From Salpingoeca rosetta (Eukaryota > Protista > Choanoflagellata): DNA of 64,000 nt. The DNA lies in assembly GCA_033442325.1 (NCBI GenBank), contig JAWQFM010000002.1, forward strand, positions 2,039,044-2,103,043, read 5' to 3'. The notes below the pieces were generated by a model, which was given only the letters and a program-made list of their open reading frames with translations, ran no database searches and had not been told where the DNA came from. Both the position numbers and the translations under genes were made by a program. Of this stretch, positions 1 to 12,223 are shown in pieces (position 1 is the first letter of the stretch; every line of letters begins with the position of its first letter).

Positions 1-150
1 ACGACAAGTGAGGTTCCCCACGTGGTCTGCGCTCTTGGCCGTCAACGCTTGTACACGAGCAATCTATGCTGCACCACTCATCATTACTCAAGCATGAACA
101 CGCGCACACACACACTCACACGCGCACACACTCTCTCACTCCCTTGTCAG

Positions 151-557
151 GTCGCGCCCTGATCCTGCACAGGCCAGCGTGAAGCGTGCAAAGCAGCTCG
201 AGGAGGTGCATGTTGATGTGCATGTGTGGCTGTGCGTGGCTGTGCGTGGCTGTGTGCGAGCGTTTGCGCGTTTGTATGGCGCTATGATGCCAGAGATCAA
301 AGAACGCGGCTTGCTACGCCCTGTCCTTGCTCACATCACCACCACCATTGTTGTCGCGGCAGGTTGGCTACCACGTGCACCCGATGCTCCGTGACACATC
401 GAGCGATGCAATTGCGAGAGATGACTTTATCAAGTCCATTCGCAACTTCCGGCCCTCGCTCACCGTGTTTGAGGTCAACAAGCACGCAAACGACTCCCTC
501 CTCACCATGATGACAAAGAAGAGGTTAGAGATAGGGCGTGGCAACAAGAGAGGTTCC

Positions 558-612
<55 letters not shown>

Positions 613-2699
613 TATCTGTGTGTGTGTGTGCGTGCGTGTGTGTGTGTGTGTGCGTGCGTGCGTGTGTGTGTGTCTGTGTGTGTGTGCGTGCGTGCGTGTG
701 TGTGTGTCTGTGTGTCCGTCTGTGTGTGTCCGTCTCTCTGCCTCTCTGTCCGTCCCTCTGTGTCTCTACCCCTGAGTATATGTGTGTGTATGTGTGCTTT
801 CTCCGTTCGTTCGTTCCCTGCGTTAACGCACACGCACCATTCCGGCACTGTCACTTGTCCCATCTGCTGTGCCACAGGGCAAAGGATCAGTCGTATGTCT
901 GGGATCGCACTGAGCGCATGAAGGAGCTGCTGGGCGCAAAATCGCTGACGTCGCACACACGCGAGGCGCAGCTTGAGGCGAGCACATCCGAGGAAATCAC
1001 GTCCGCTTTCTCAAACATCATTGCGCCCGGGAGAAACAAGGCCGGCCTGCTTCCAGGAACAGCCGGTGCCACTGTCCTCGGAACAGCACAGCCCTCATCT
1101 TCATCGTCATCGTCGTCATCGTCATCCAAGAGCGTGATGTCGCATGGGCAGCGGGTGACGGTGTCGCACTCGAGCAGTGCTGGCGATGCAGGGGAAGATG
1201 CGGAGGTGTACATCCCATACAGGCGCGGGGATGATGAGGATGAGCAAGGGTACGCCATCAACAACGGGGCGTCGTTTACGCGCGAGGCCGAGAGCGCCAC
1301 GTTTGCTCTTGACGGCGACGATATCCAAGACATGCACAAGTCCTCACAGCGGAAGAAATGGTGTGTGTGTGTGTATTGTTTGTGTGTATGGTTTGTTTGT
1401 TTGTTTGTTTGTTTGTTTGTTTGTTTGTTTGTTTGTATTGTTTGTTTGTTTGTTTGTTTGTGTGTATGGTTTGTTTGTTTGTTTGTGTGTGCGTGTGTAT
1501 TGTTTGTGTGTATGGTTTGTTGTTTGTTTGTTTGTTTGTTTGTTTGTTTGTTTGTTTGTTTGTTTGTTTGTGTCTGTGTGTACTTATTTATGTCTCTGTG
1601 TCCGTGTTTGTCCGTGCGTCTCTCTTTGTCTGCGCACGCCTCTCTGTCTGTGTGTATGCATGACCATTTTGTTTGCCGGCCAATGTTGTCTTCCTACCTC
1701 GACCTTGCCCGGGCGATGTGAACTCACTCATCTTCGTGCCCGTCGTGGCCCTGCTGTTGCCCCCCCCCCCCTTTTTTTTCGTGTACAGGGACCGCAAGAA
1801 GAAGAAGTTTGTTGGAGAGAGCAACAACACGAAAATGATCCGCACAGAGAGCGGGAACAAGGTGCCGGCAACATTCAAGTCGAACCGCTACAAGGAGTGG
1901 TCTGCCAAGAACCACGTCTCAATGTACGTGCCGCCAGCGCACCAACGGCCAGGCTGTGGGTTTGCTGTCGTCACTTCTGTTCTGGTGTTAGCGCACTGTT
2001 TTCGTCTCTGCGCTTGAGTAACCTTTACCCTGCTGATTATCTCACGGCGTTGCGCGTGTCACCGCGTTTTGTCACACACTTTGTCTGCCTCTTGCTCGTC
2101 GTTGATGCCTGCAGGCAACACGTTGGTGAAGAAGAGGATTCGCAAACTGTGAGCAAGTTTGAGATCAGGCGGAAAAGGTGAGAGCTCGCCGGCCGTTTTC
2201 ATTTTGTGTGCATGTTGAGCTGCCCAGATGCATGTGCTGTGTGTTGCATCACGGCTGCGATCATGCACGTTTGTCATGCCTTCTCGACACCCACGTACGA
2301 CGCTTTCATCTCACACTGCATCTATGTGCGTGTGCGTGTGCGTGCAGGCGTGGATGGCACACGAAGACTGCTGACGATGAGCTGAAGGCGAAGGTGCGTG
2401 CATGCTGGTGGTGACAAATCTGCTGGGTACAGCTGATTGTGTGATGCGTTCTTTGGGTTGCTGCATGTTTGCAGTTCGATCCACGCTCACCACATTTGTG
2501 ACACGCTCACCACAACAACTCTGCTCATTGCACCACCCATCACATCACGCGGCAGGCTGCGAAGCGCGGCGGCGAGCTGAAGCACAAGTCGCAGATTATC
2601 AAGGAGCGCAAGCGCAAGCAGAAGCTGCAGGACCAGATGAAGCGGCGGGCACAGGTCAACGCAGTCCGCAAGGGCAAGAAGGCAAAGGGGAAGAAGTAA
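151..2699 (+). CDS. DDX54: DEAD-box RNA helicase DDX54/Dbp10, C-terminal part (5' end outside window; multi-exon)
   Basis: Spliced exons give [20 protein letters not shown]...[21 protein letters not shown]...GYAIN...[17 protein letters not shown]...KKW|DRKKKKFV...[21 protein letters not shown] (DBP10CT-like domain) and a basic tail [15 protein letters not shown]. Stop TAA at 2697-2699. Confidence 0.88.
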
Positions 2700-3342
2700 C
2701 AACCACACAACTCCTTGCATCTGTGTGTCTGTCTGTCTGTAAGTTTGGTTGTCTGTCTGTCTGTAAGTTTGGTTGTCTGTCTGTCTGTAAGTTTGGTTGA
2801 CTGGCTGTCTCTGATGCCTGGCTTCAGTCAGTGTGTCTCTCTGTCTGTGCCCTAATCTCTGTGTACGCGCCCTTGCCGAAACCTTGTTTGTCTGGGCGCA
2901 TGCTGTATTCCGTTTCGACCCACTGCCACATGCCCCTGTTTCAACGCCTTCTCCCCCCCTCCTGGATGATTGTGCATCCATCATACATGTGTACACGGTA
3001 CGACCTTGGTCCACTCTTCTGCGCTGTCAAGCTCATTCTTCGGTGTTGGTTGCGTTTATGGGAGTATGCGGGTGTTGCTGAAGTGGTTTGGACGGCCGCA
3101 ATGGCTCAGAAGAACATGTGGTGGGCGCAAGCAGTGCAGGGGTGTTGGCTGGCTGACACGCAGAGCAGGATGATAGCACATAACAAAACAAAACAAGGGC
3201 ATGGTGGAAACAGGGACCAGGGCAAGGGAGAAGGAAGCGGGCAGGCGCAACGAATCAAGTGGACTGCTGTGCGCAGTTACAATATGTTACTTCTGCATTC
3301 CTTGTTTTGTGGCGTTTCCCCCTCCCCGTGCTTCATGTCACG

Positions 3343-3581
3343 TTACTCGAGGCGCTTGATAATGTGGGAGCCGGAGTCTGTGTGCACGACGTCGCTCATT
3401 TCGCCAGGCTTGAGCTTGATGAACGCCTCGAAGAAGGGCGCCTGGATCTCCTCCTGGGTGAACTCTCCAATGTTGCCTGCAATTGTCACAATGGCATGAT
3501 GACAATCATGTTTGCATGTACAAGTTGTTGTCATGAGTTGGGGCGTAAGGGGCAGCACTAAGCTGAAGCAACGGAAGCATA

Positions 3582-3619
<38 letters not shown>

Positions 3620-4456
3620 TGTGTCTGTGTCTGTGTGTGTGTGTGTGTATCTGTGTCTGTGTGTGTGCACGTTGGGTGTAGGCACGCGCACACACACACG
3701 CGCGCGCACGCACAAAACATGCAACATGTTTGTTTGTTCGCAGTGCTAGGTTGGTCATGGCTGTACCTACCTCCTTGAGCGGCAGAGCCGCAGTCGGACT
3801 CGACGCGCGCAATGTCCTCGAATGACTTCTCGCCCGCCTCAATCCTGTCGGACAGAAAGATTGGGGGGGAAGGCAACGAATGATGAGCTGGGGATGGGTG
3901 TAGCATCGTTGCCTTTCGCAGCAAACACAACATACACAGTAAAACACACGCACAAATAAGCATGCAAGCACACATGCACAAATAAGCATGCAAGCACACA
4001 CAAGCACACACGTGCACAAATAAGCATGCAAGCACACATGCACACACATGCACACATGCACACACACAACATGATTACGTACTGGCGCTTGAACTCGCGA
4101 AGCATGTCGTCGGCCTGCTCCTTGGTGCGCGATCGGATCGTCTTGCCCTCTTCGTCCTTCCAAGACGAGCAACGGCGAGACTCCTCGTGCTTCACGAGGA
4201 TGTGCATGGCTACATGGGCAATCACAGCACCACGAACACAACACACGTACCAGTTGTTGCCAGCCACAGTCAGCCACAGCCATCGCAACGACAACTGGAC
4301 ATGGAACACGCTGTCACTCCCACCACACAAGTGCACGCACATGCGCACACACATGCACAAATGCACACACATGCACACATAACACCAGCAACAACAACGC
4401 CAGCAGCAGCAACGCCAGCAGCAAAAACAACGACAGCACTCACCGCGGTAAGGCAT
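3343..4456 (-). CDS. PIN1: Pin1-type parvulin peptidyl-prolyl isomerase, single domain (exons ~4456-4444, 4209-4083, 3844-3772, 3476-3343)
   Basis: Splices to MPYRAMHILVKHEESRRCSSWKDEEG...RTKEQA...SFEDIARVESDCGSAAQGGGNIGEF...LKPGEMSDVVHTDSGSHIIKRLE*. It has the Pin1 phosphate-binding K/RR loop and the SDCxSA motif. GT-AG sites have matching phases. Confidence 0.85.
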
Positions 4457-4547
4457 GATGTGATGGTTGCACTGGCTGCTCCTGTTTGCTTCTTCTCTTG
4501 TCGTTTGTTTTGCTGTTGCGGTTGTGGAAAAGTATGGTAAATTTTAC

Positions 4548-5573
4548 ATGGCATTCGACACTTGGCGGAACAAGATGAGATGTGCTGTGGTGGCGGTGGC
4601 AGCCGTCATGGTCGCCGTCGTCAACAATGCAGATGGAGTGATGCGGGCAGCAGCAGCTGCTGCTGCTGATCCAGAGCAGCTAGAGACAACAAGACCAGAG
4701 CACCAAGAATTGCACCAGTGGGCTGTGTTTCATCGGCCGTGGTCGTGCCCGTCCCGGCAAGCTGATGGTCGGGGCAGTGATAGTGATCGTCGGAGTGACA
4801 GCCAGAAAAGTGGTGGTGGTGGTGGTGGTGGCAGTGGTGGCAGTGGACGGCCTCTCCCCGCTGCTGGAAGTGAACGCCCTCTTGTCGCTGAGAATCGCGG
4901 GGAGAGCATACCCGTCTTTGCGGCAGACAGCAGCGCCACGTTTACTGCGGGAACTGTGGCGTGGCGAAAGACGGAGATGCTGTTTGGGCTGTCTGTACAG
5001 AACAAACACGGGACCACGGTGCGCAACATAACGGAGGCCGAGTTTGAGCGGTTCATGGCGCTGTCCGTGCTGCCGCGGTTTCCAAACGGCACCACGGTAA
5101 CGAACGCAACTGGGTCCTACCTGAGCCGTGTCACGCACACGGACGTTCGCGAGCGATCCAAGTACCTCCTCGTCTATCACCCCGACACCCCAGTTTTCGC
5201 TGAGCGCATCCAGGCCATCACACAAGACTACATGCGCGACTACCAGCAGGAATCCGTCCTGTACACGAGCATTCCAGCCACCGTCTGTTTCAGCGACTGC
5301 GGATGCGTGGACCTTGGTGGCAGGGCGCAGAGCCGTGCGCAGCGTATGCCTGTGTCTTTACCGCCGTCACATCAGCAGCAGCCGCTGCTGTCAGGCACAC
5401 CGGCTTCAATGCTCGTGCTTCCTGGCCTGCCTGCGCAAGTGGTGCTGCCTGCATTGTTGGCGCTAACCCTCCTAAACACCATCGCCGTAGTCTACATCCT
5501 GTTGAACAAGAGCCAAGGCGCCAGCAGACGATCGAAACACAAGGCGGCACTCACACCTGCAATTGCAACATGA
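4548..5573 (+). CDS. Intronless type I membrane protein with a DUF3574-like domain (start may be 4575)
   Basis: Signal peptide MRCAVVAVAAVMVAVV. Core TEMLFG...EAEFERFM...VLPRFPNGTTV...G...VRERSK.LLVYHPDTP...I.AI...Y...YQQESVL...ATVCF matches my recollection of bacterial DUF3574. C-terminal TM VVLPALLALTLLNTIAVVYILL followed by a basic tail. Confidence 0.75.
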   Translation: MAFDTWRNKMRCAVVAVAAVMVAVVNNADGVMRAAAAAAADPEQLETTRPEHQELHQWAVFHRPWSCPSRQADGRGSDSDRRSDSQKSGGGGGGGSGGSGRPLPAAGSERPLVAENRGESIPVFAADSSATFTAGTVAWRKTEMLFGLSVQNKHGTTVRNITEAEFERFMALSVLPRFPNGTTVTNATGSYLSRVTHTDVRERSKYLLVYHPDTPVFAERIQAITQDYMRDYQQESVLYTSIPATVCFSDCGCVDLGGRAQSRAQRMPVSLPPSHQQQPLLSGTPASMLVLPGLPAQVVLPALLALTLLNTIAVVYILLNKSQGASRRSKHKAALTPAIAT

Positions 5574-6512
5574 ACAGCAACGGCAACCACATCAGCTCTC
5601 CCTTAGCTTGACTAATGATCAAAAAGGCTGTTCCAAGAGTATTCCTGTTACATTAGTGCGCGTGTGTTTGTTTTGCATGACGTGCCTTGCGATTCTGGAC
5701 AACTGTTGGGACAGCTCTGAATAAATGACCCACACCTTCCGACTGGATGCCGAGTCGTACGACACGCACACACACACACACACACACACACTCACTCTCT
5801 CACACGCACACACACACGCACACACACACGCACACACACACACACTCACACTCACACTCACACTCACACTCACTCACACTTACACTCACACTCACACACA
5901 CACACACACTCACACTCACTCACTCACACTCACTCACTCACACTCACTCACTCACTCACTCACTCTCTCGCACTCGGTCAACTTTGGTGCTGTCGTGATG
6001 ACGGGCGGATCGTTTACATTAGATGCATGCCGCAAATGAAACGCACTACACAAACAGGAGACACAATAGACACGAGCCAAGAAGGATCAACAGAAATCAT
6101 CGCAGGCATTCAACAGTTGAGAGAAGGAAAAACACATGGGAAGTGCACACGAGCACACAGACACGCACACGAGACCACGCAAGCACAAGCCATTCGATTC
6201 AAACAAACAAATACACGGCAGCTCCCGAGGCAGATAACAGCAAGACCCCATCGCACGGCACCAATCACCCAACACACACACGCACACACACGCACACACA
6301 CGCACACACACGCACGCACACGCACGCACACACACACACACACACAGACCAAGACAACAGAAACATCAGGCAAACGATTTGAAAAACAAAGCTAGAGTTC
6401 TGAGAAGAGCAGCAGTGGTCGGCGAGCCAACAACGTCTTCAGTGATGGCATTTTCTTTCAAGCACACGCATCGCGCGTGTGCAATAAACAAAGCTCATGT
6501 CGCCGAACAGCG

Positions 6513-7670
6513 CTAGACCGTGATGTCCTCATCGTCGTAGTGGCGTGCCACGTACTTGCCGTTCCTCATGGCCACCAGCTCCGCCTGTGCGCGCCTGTGC
6601 GCTGCATCCGTTTCCCGCCGCCGCCTCTGGTCGTAGTCGTAAATTTCGTCATGCTCGCCGTCGTGGAAGCGCGCCACCATGCGCCCGTCCGTGTCCACAA
6701 GCACGCCGTCCTTTGTGGTGACATAGTCCTCGGCCTTTTGCATCGGGTCCTCCTCGTCCTCCATCTCGCCCAGGTCGTAGTAGCGCGGCTTGAGGCGGCG
6801 GCGGCGGCGCGGCAGCCCGTCGGTGCCGTTGCTGCTGTCATCGGTCGACGTCTCAGACTCCAGGTCGTCCTCGCTCAGCTTGAGCACGGGAATGACGGGC
6901 ACGGGCGTGTCGTACTCGGCGCCAACGCCGCTGTTGTCCAGCGTGGGCTTGCTCGACAGCGCGTGCTTGTTGCACGAGGCAAACAGCACCACAAACGCAA
7001 TGAGCGCCAGCACGCCAACCACGGCGATGATGATAATCTCGGTGAGGTTGAGCGGAGGGTCGCCGTCCGACGCCGGCGGTGGCGGTGGCGAAATGGGCAG
7101 GTTGTCGCGGATGGCCTGGACAAGCGGAGATCCGTACAGGAAGTCGTCCTGGTCAATGGACCACACCATGGCGCCACCGAGACCCTGCGAGAGCGCAAAC
7201 TCGGCCTTGAGCTTGATGGTGAAGGGCGAGTCGTGGGAGAACCACTGGTCGCCGTAATATGTGTACATGGTCTGCGTGAGGTTGTCGAAGCGGGTGATGA
7301 AGCCCGCCTGCTCAAACTCCAGCACCTCGTAGTAGGCAAGCAGCCCGGCCTCGTCCGTGTATGGGCCGGGGCGAGATGGGCTGGAGGCGGGTGCGCCAAT
7401 GGCGTGGTTGGCCGGCGAGTCGAGGGTCCAGCCACGCGCGTGGGTGCCAAAGCCAAGCAGCAGCTTCTGGCGCGGTGTGCCTTGCTCCAGCCAGAAGGCG
7501 ACGCTGTCCTGCACGTCAATGCCATCCGTGGATGACAGCGCGGTGTGGGCGCCAGTTTGGGGCTGAAGAGAAAACAAGAGGGTGAAAATAGGGGTCGTGA
7601 GCAGTGTGCATGTGTGTGTGTATGTGTGCATGTGATTGTGTGTGCGCGTGTGATTGTGTGTGTGCGCGCG

Positions 7671-7732
<62 letters not shown>

Positions 7733-8979
7733 GGGAGGGTAGAGGTGATCATGCGCGCGTTGTTGCAGTTGAAATGAGCACACCTGTGTGCATGTGTGTG
7801 CATTGTTGTGTTGTTGGCAGCAAGTCATGTTCAAGAGCTGTTGTTGGCGCTGTCGTTTCGTGCAATAGTAACGCAACACTAACCTCCCAGTAGCCGTGCA
7901 AGTCGTAGGAGAGGAGGTTGATAAAGTCAATGTACTTGTGCATCTCGCGAATGTGGTAGGCCTGCTCTGCAATGCCCCTGTACGCGGACACGGCCACGGT
8001 GACAATAAGCGCATCCTTCTGTGTGACCTCGCTGTTCACGGCCTGGCGCAGCTCCTGCAGGAACGTGAGGAAGTTGTCGCGGTCCTGTGGGCTGCCGCCG
8101 TTCTGCAGATAGCCCGGGAACTGGTGGTGGTTTGTTCGAGATAGGGGGGGGGAGGGTTGCGATGAATGGTGAGGAGGGAGGGAACAAAGAAGGGCGGAGG
8201 CGGAAACTAAACAGGAGACACGCAGCCACTGGAGCGCGAGCATGCGCCAGCTCACACATTTGAAATTGCCACCCAGTTCCCAAGTCACACATGCACACAC
8301 CTTGCACACACATGCAAGTAACTCACGACATGAAGGCACACATGAACAACACATTGTCAAAGTACAGCACACAACACACGTGCAGCACAGCACAGACGCA
8401 CACACACACACATACACACACACACTCACACTCACACACACACACATACACACACATATACACACACTCTCGCACTCACACTCACTCACACACACACTCA
8501 CACTCACACACACTCACTCACTCCTTACTCACTCCTTACACACCTCCCAGTCGATGTCGACGCCGTCAAAGTCGTGTGTGCGGAGGAACGGGATGAGGGA
8601 GGCGATGAAGGTGGCGCGGCGCTGCTGCGATGCGACCATGGTGGAAAAGCGGTACTGCGTGCGCGAGTCTGCGTTGAAGGTGTAGCCGCCAACGCTCAGG
8701 AGCGTCTTGATGTTGGGGTTGCGCTGACGCACGTGCGTGTGAAAGAGGGCGTACCGGCCGCCATCCACGTCCACGGCTTCGCCAGGCATGATGGTGTAGT
8801 CCGCATCGATGCCCGCAAACGCATAAGCGAGGTGGGTGTACTTGCCGGCGTCAATGTGCTCAATCATGAACGTGTATGGCGCAGGGCGGTGGTACGACCA
8901 CGAAGCGAAGTAGCCAAGCACCACCATGCAGCCAGACTGATCCTCGTCGTCACAGGGAAGGCCTGCATGGGTGCGTGTG

Positions 8980-9051
<72 letters not shown>

Positions 9052-10916
9052 GTGTGTGTGTGTGCGTACGATGTGTTGTGTGTGTGTGCGTACGATGTGT
9101 TGTGTGTGTGCGTGTGGGTGTGCGTGTGTGTGTGGGTGAGCTGACAGATGCGGCAAGTCAAGCAAAGAAAATTGTGCAGTGCGGTTGCTGCTGCTCTTGG
9201 TGTTCATGTGGGTGCATTAAACGTTTGAGGCGTACATATCGCCACACAGAATGGTATTTGATGTCAAGCAGACGCATGCACCTGTGAACTGTGAGCTGCG
9301 TACCTTGTGGGTTGTCTTGGGGAAGAAGGGCAATATCGGCACAGCCCCAAAACTCCTCGGGGAACACATCTCCACACGCGGGCTTGTTCTTGTCAATGCC
9401 GTACTCTGCTGGAAAGCCGAACGACACATACCCGTGAGGCAGACACTCGCCTGCACCCACAAAGTGCCACTGAACAACACACATTGCAACATATACAAAG
9501 TCTTGTGAGTAACGGCCACCTTCCAAGCACACAAACAAACACACAATCAAACACGCACAAGCAAGCATTTGCACACACCGCACAGAGCACGCACAGGCTC
9601 ATGCTCACCTGAAGCACGCAGTGGCTGCATGTGAGCTGTTCCGGCATGTGAAATGTCGGGTGGTACACGCCGAAACCTGGCTTGACGAAGAAGCGTTCGT
9701 CCCAGCTAAAGTCAATCAGGTTGCCGTCTTCCACGCGTCGCAACAGGTGTTCGTTGAAGCACTCCTGCGACACATTGGTTGCCCCTGTGTATATGTACGT
9801 GTGTGTGTATGTGCGTGCGTGTGTGTGTGTGTGTGTGTGCACGTGCGTGTGTGTGTGTGTGTGTGTGTTGTGTTGTGTATATGTACGTGTATGTGTACGT
9901 GCGTGTGTGTGTGTATGTGTGTGTGCATACATATGTGTACATGTATGTATATATGTGTGTACAGAGACAGACACACACAAGTCAAGAGAGAAACGGGCAA
10001 TCAAAAGCGTGAGTGTGGCTGTGATGATGATGCGAGCAAAGTGACAAAACACACAAACTGAAGCAGACGCGCACACGCGTCGGCCACACCATGGCACACC
10101 GATCGCACAGCCCCCCTCAGACGTACGATCGCAGATGCTGAAGACCACGTGTCCGGGTGGCGTGTCCTCGTCGGTGATGAAGGTCATGTTGAGGGTTTGC
10201 CCCGGCGTGAGGGTGGCAGACACCGTCTCTGGGGTGAGAAAGTCTGGCACACTGCCGGCAACACCGCCGCAGTAGCCGTAGCGGGCAGCGGTGTACGCAC
10301 TGTCGCGTGAGGGCCACACATCGTTTGGCGTGTTGTTCCGCACAACATCTCGTCCGCCCGCATCAAAGCGCCCGTTCCAGCTGAGAAGAAAGGAAAAAAA
10401 AAAAGAAAAAAACAGGGAAGGAGTTGGTGTGAGTTGTGGATGTCATTGGAGGGAGGACTGAGGTGGGACGGGGCGATGGCAAAGGGGGAGGAGAAGAGGG
10501 AGGACGAGGCAAGCAGAACACACACGCGTACACGCACACGCAAGCACGCACACAACACACGCGTACACGCACACGCAAGCACGCACACAACACACGCGTA
10601 CATGCACACGCAAGCACGCACACAACACACGCGTACATGCGCATGCAAGCGCGCACACAACACACGCGTGCACACGACCAGGGAACGAAACAGCAGGCAC
10701 CAAAACGCACTTGAAGTCGAAGTTTCCGGGATCGCTGCGGGTGGTGGGCCATGCAAGATATGGGCCGCCACCACGCGGTGGAAGCGCAGCCTGTGTTGGC
10801 TCAGGTGTACATCCAGCAAGGACTGTCAGCACCAACGCTGCTGCCGCTGCGGACCACCCCATAGAGGAACCTGATGACCAGTGTGGTTGGTGTCGTGACC
10901 AGCCCCTCTTCTGCAT
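6513..10916 (-). CDS. Membrane-anchored GH18 chitinase with N-terminal AA15/LPMO-like domain (exons 10916-10711, 10380-10127, 9784-9609, 9469-9304, 8962-8544, 8120-7884, 7562-6513)
   Basis: GH18 motifs: GYFASWS, YTHLAYAF, KTLLSVGG, intact FDGVDIDWE|FP (DxxDxDxE), SYDLHG, GLGGAMVWSIDQDD. N-terminal domain has GYCGG, GHVVFSIC, SQECFNEHLL, LTCSHCVLQW, EEFWGCADI. TM IIIIAVVGVLALIAFVVLFASC. All six introns are GT-AG with consistent phase. Confidence 0.9.
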
Positions 10917-11289
10917 GATGGAGTCTTGGAGTGGCTGAGTGGTTCGGATGTGGGTCTACTGCTCTAATATGTATGCCTCGGTGCCGGTCGGGGATGAACG
11001 GATGGATGAAGTGGGCTGCAAACGCATCATGTACATGAGGGCATCAGTGATGGGGTGATTGAGTGATGGGGCCATGGAGAGATGGAAAGGGATGCGCACG
11101 CCAACGTGAAATCACAACCAAAACACAAAACAACATCAAGAATGACACGTAGCAAAGTTGGCAATCGCATCCTCTCAACACATGACACAGAGAAGACAAC
11201 AAACAAACGCGCATCGCCATCGATTGTGGTGGTCGTCGTGGCGGAGGTGGTGGTGTTGGTGTTCTGTTGTTGACGCCAGGACGCCACAC

Positions 11290-11344
<55 letters not shown>

Positions 11345-12160
11345 ACACATATACACACACACAAGAGGAGCAATAGCGACACTCACCCGCTGTGTATTAT
11401 GATTGGATGTGTGAATGAATCAATGCAAGGCGAGCTCGCGCCCGACGTGTCTGTAAGGTGTGTGTTTGCAGGGAATTGAGAGGGGGAAATGAAGAGTGCA
11501 AGGCGTGAGTCGGTGAGCGAGTGAGCGAGCGTGTGAAGGAGGGAGAAGGTTTGGTTGGTGTGGTAAAGGCATGGCAGACTACGAAATGGAGAGACACAAG
11601 AAGCTTGCTTGCATGGGACAGTCACCAGCGTGGACCACTACGTAGCCCCCATTTGCTGTCCTCAGCAAGCAACCTTACAGACAGACTGACAGACAGAGAG
11701 CAACGAACAGGTGTACGAACAAACAGAGAGACAGGCCACCCACAACAAGAAGTCTGCGGGGCAAGCCCATCCAAGTTGGGGGAGGGGGGTCGCAACAATC
11801 AAGCCAATCAGGCAGTAGTACAACCAACGCGAACAACCAACGCATGCGAGGGGCGACTCTTCACTCTTACCTTGCCAGCAATTGGTGCTGCAGAAGCCAA
11901 GGAAGGGAAAAAAAAGACAGGGGGCAGAGGGAGAAGAGGGCAGGGGAGAAGAATATGGCAGCCCCCAGCAGAGCAAGCAACGGCCGATCAATTGCCAAGC
12001 AAGCGATGGGTATCGTGTTGCTTTGGCTGGATACGACGTGGGTTCTCGTGCAATGGCGCGTGGCCCAGGAATGTGTGTGTGTGTGTGGGGGGGGGGGACG
12101 TGGGACTTTGCTTGCTTGCAGGCAAACAAAGCGAGTCAGGGAATGAGAAGCAGTGAGATG

Positions 12161-12223
<63 letters not shown>

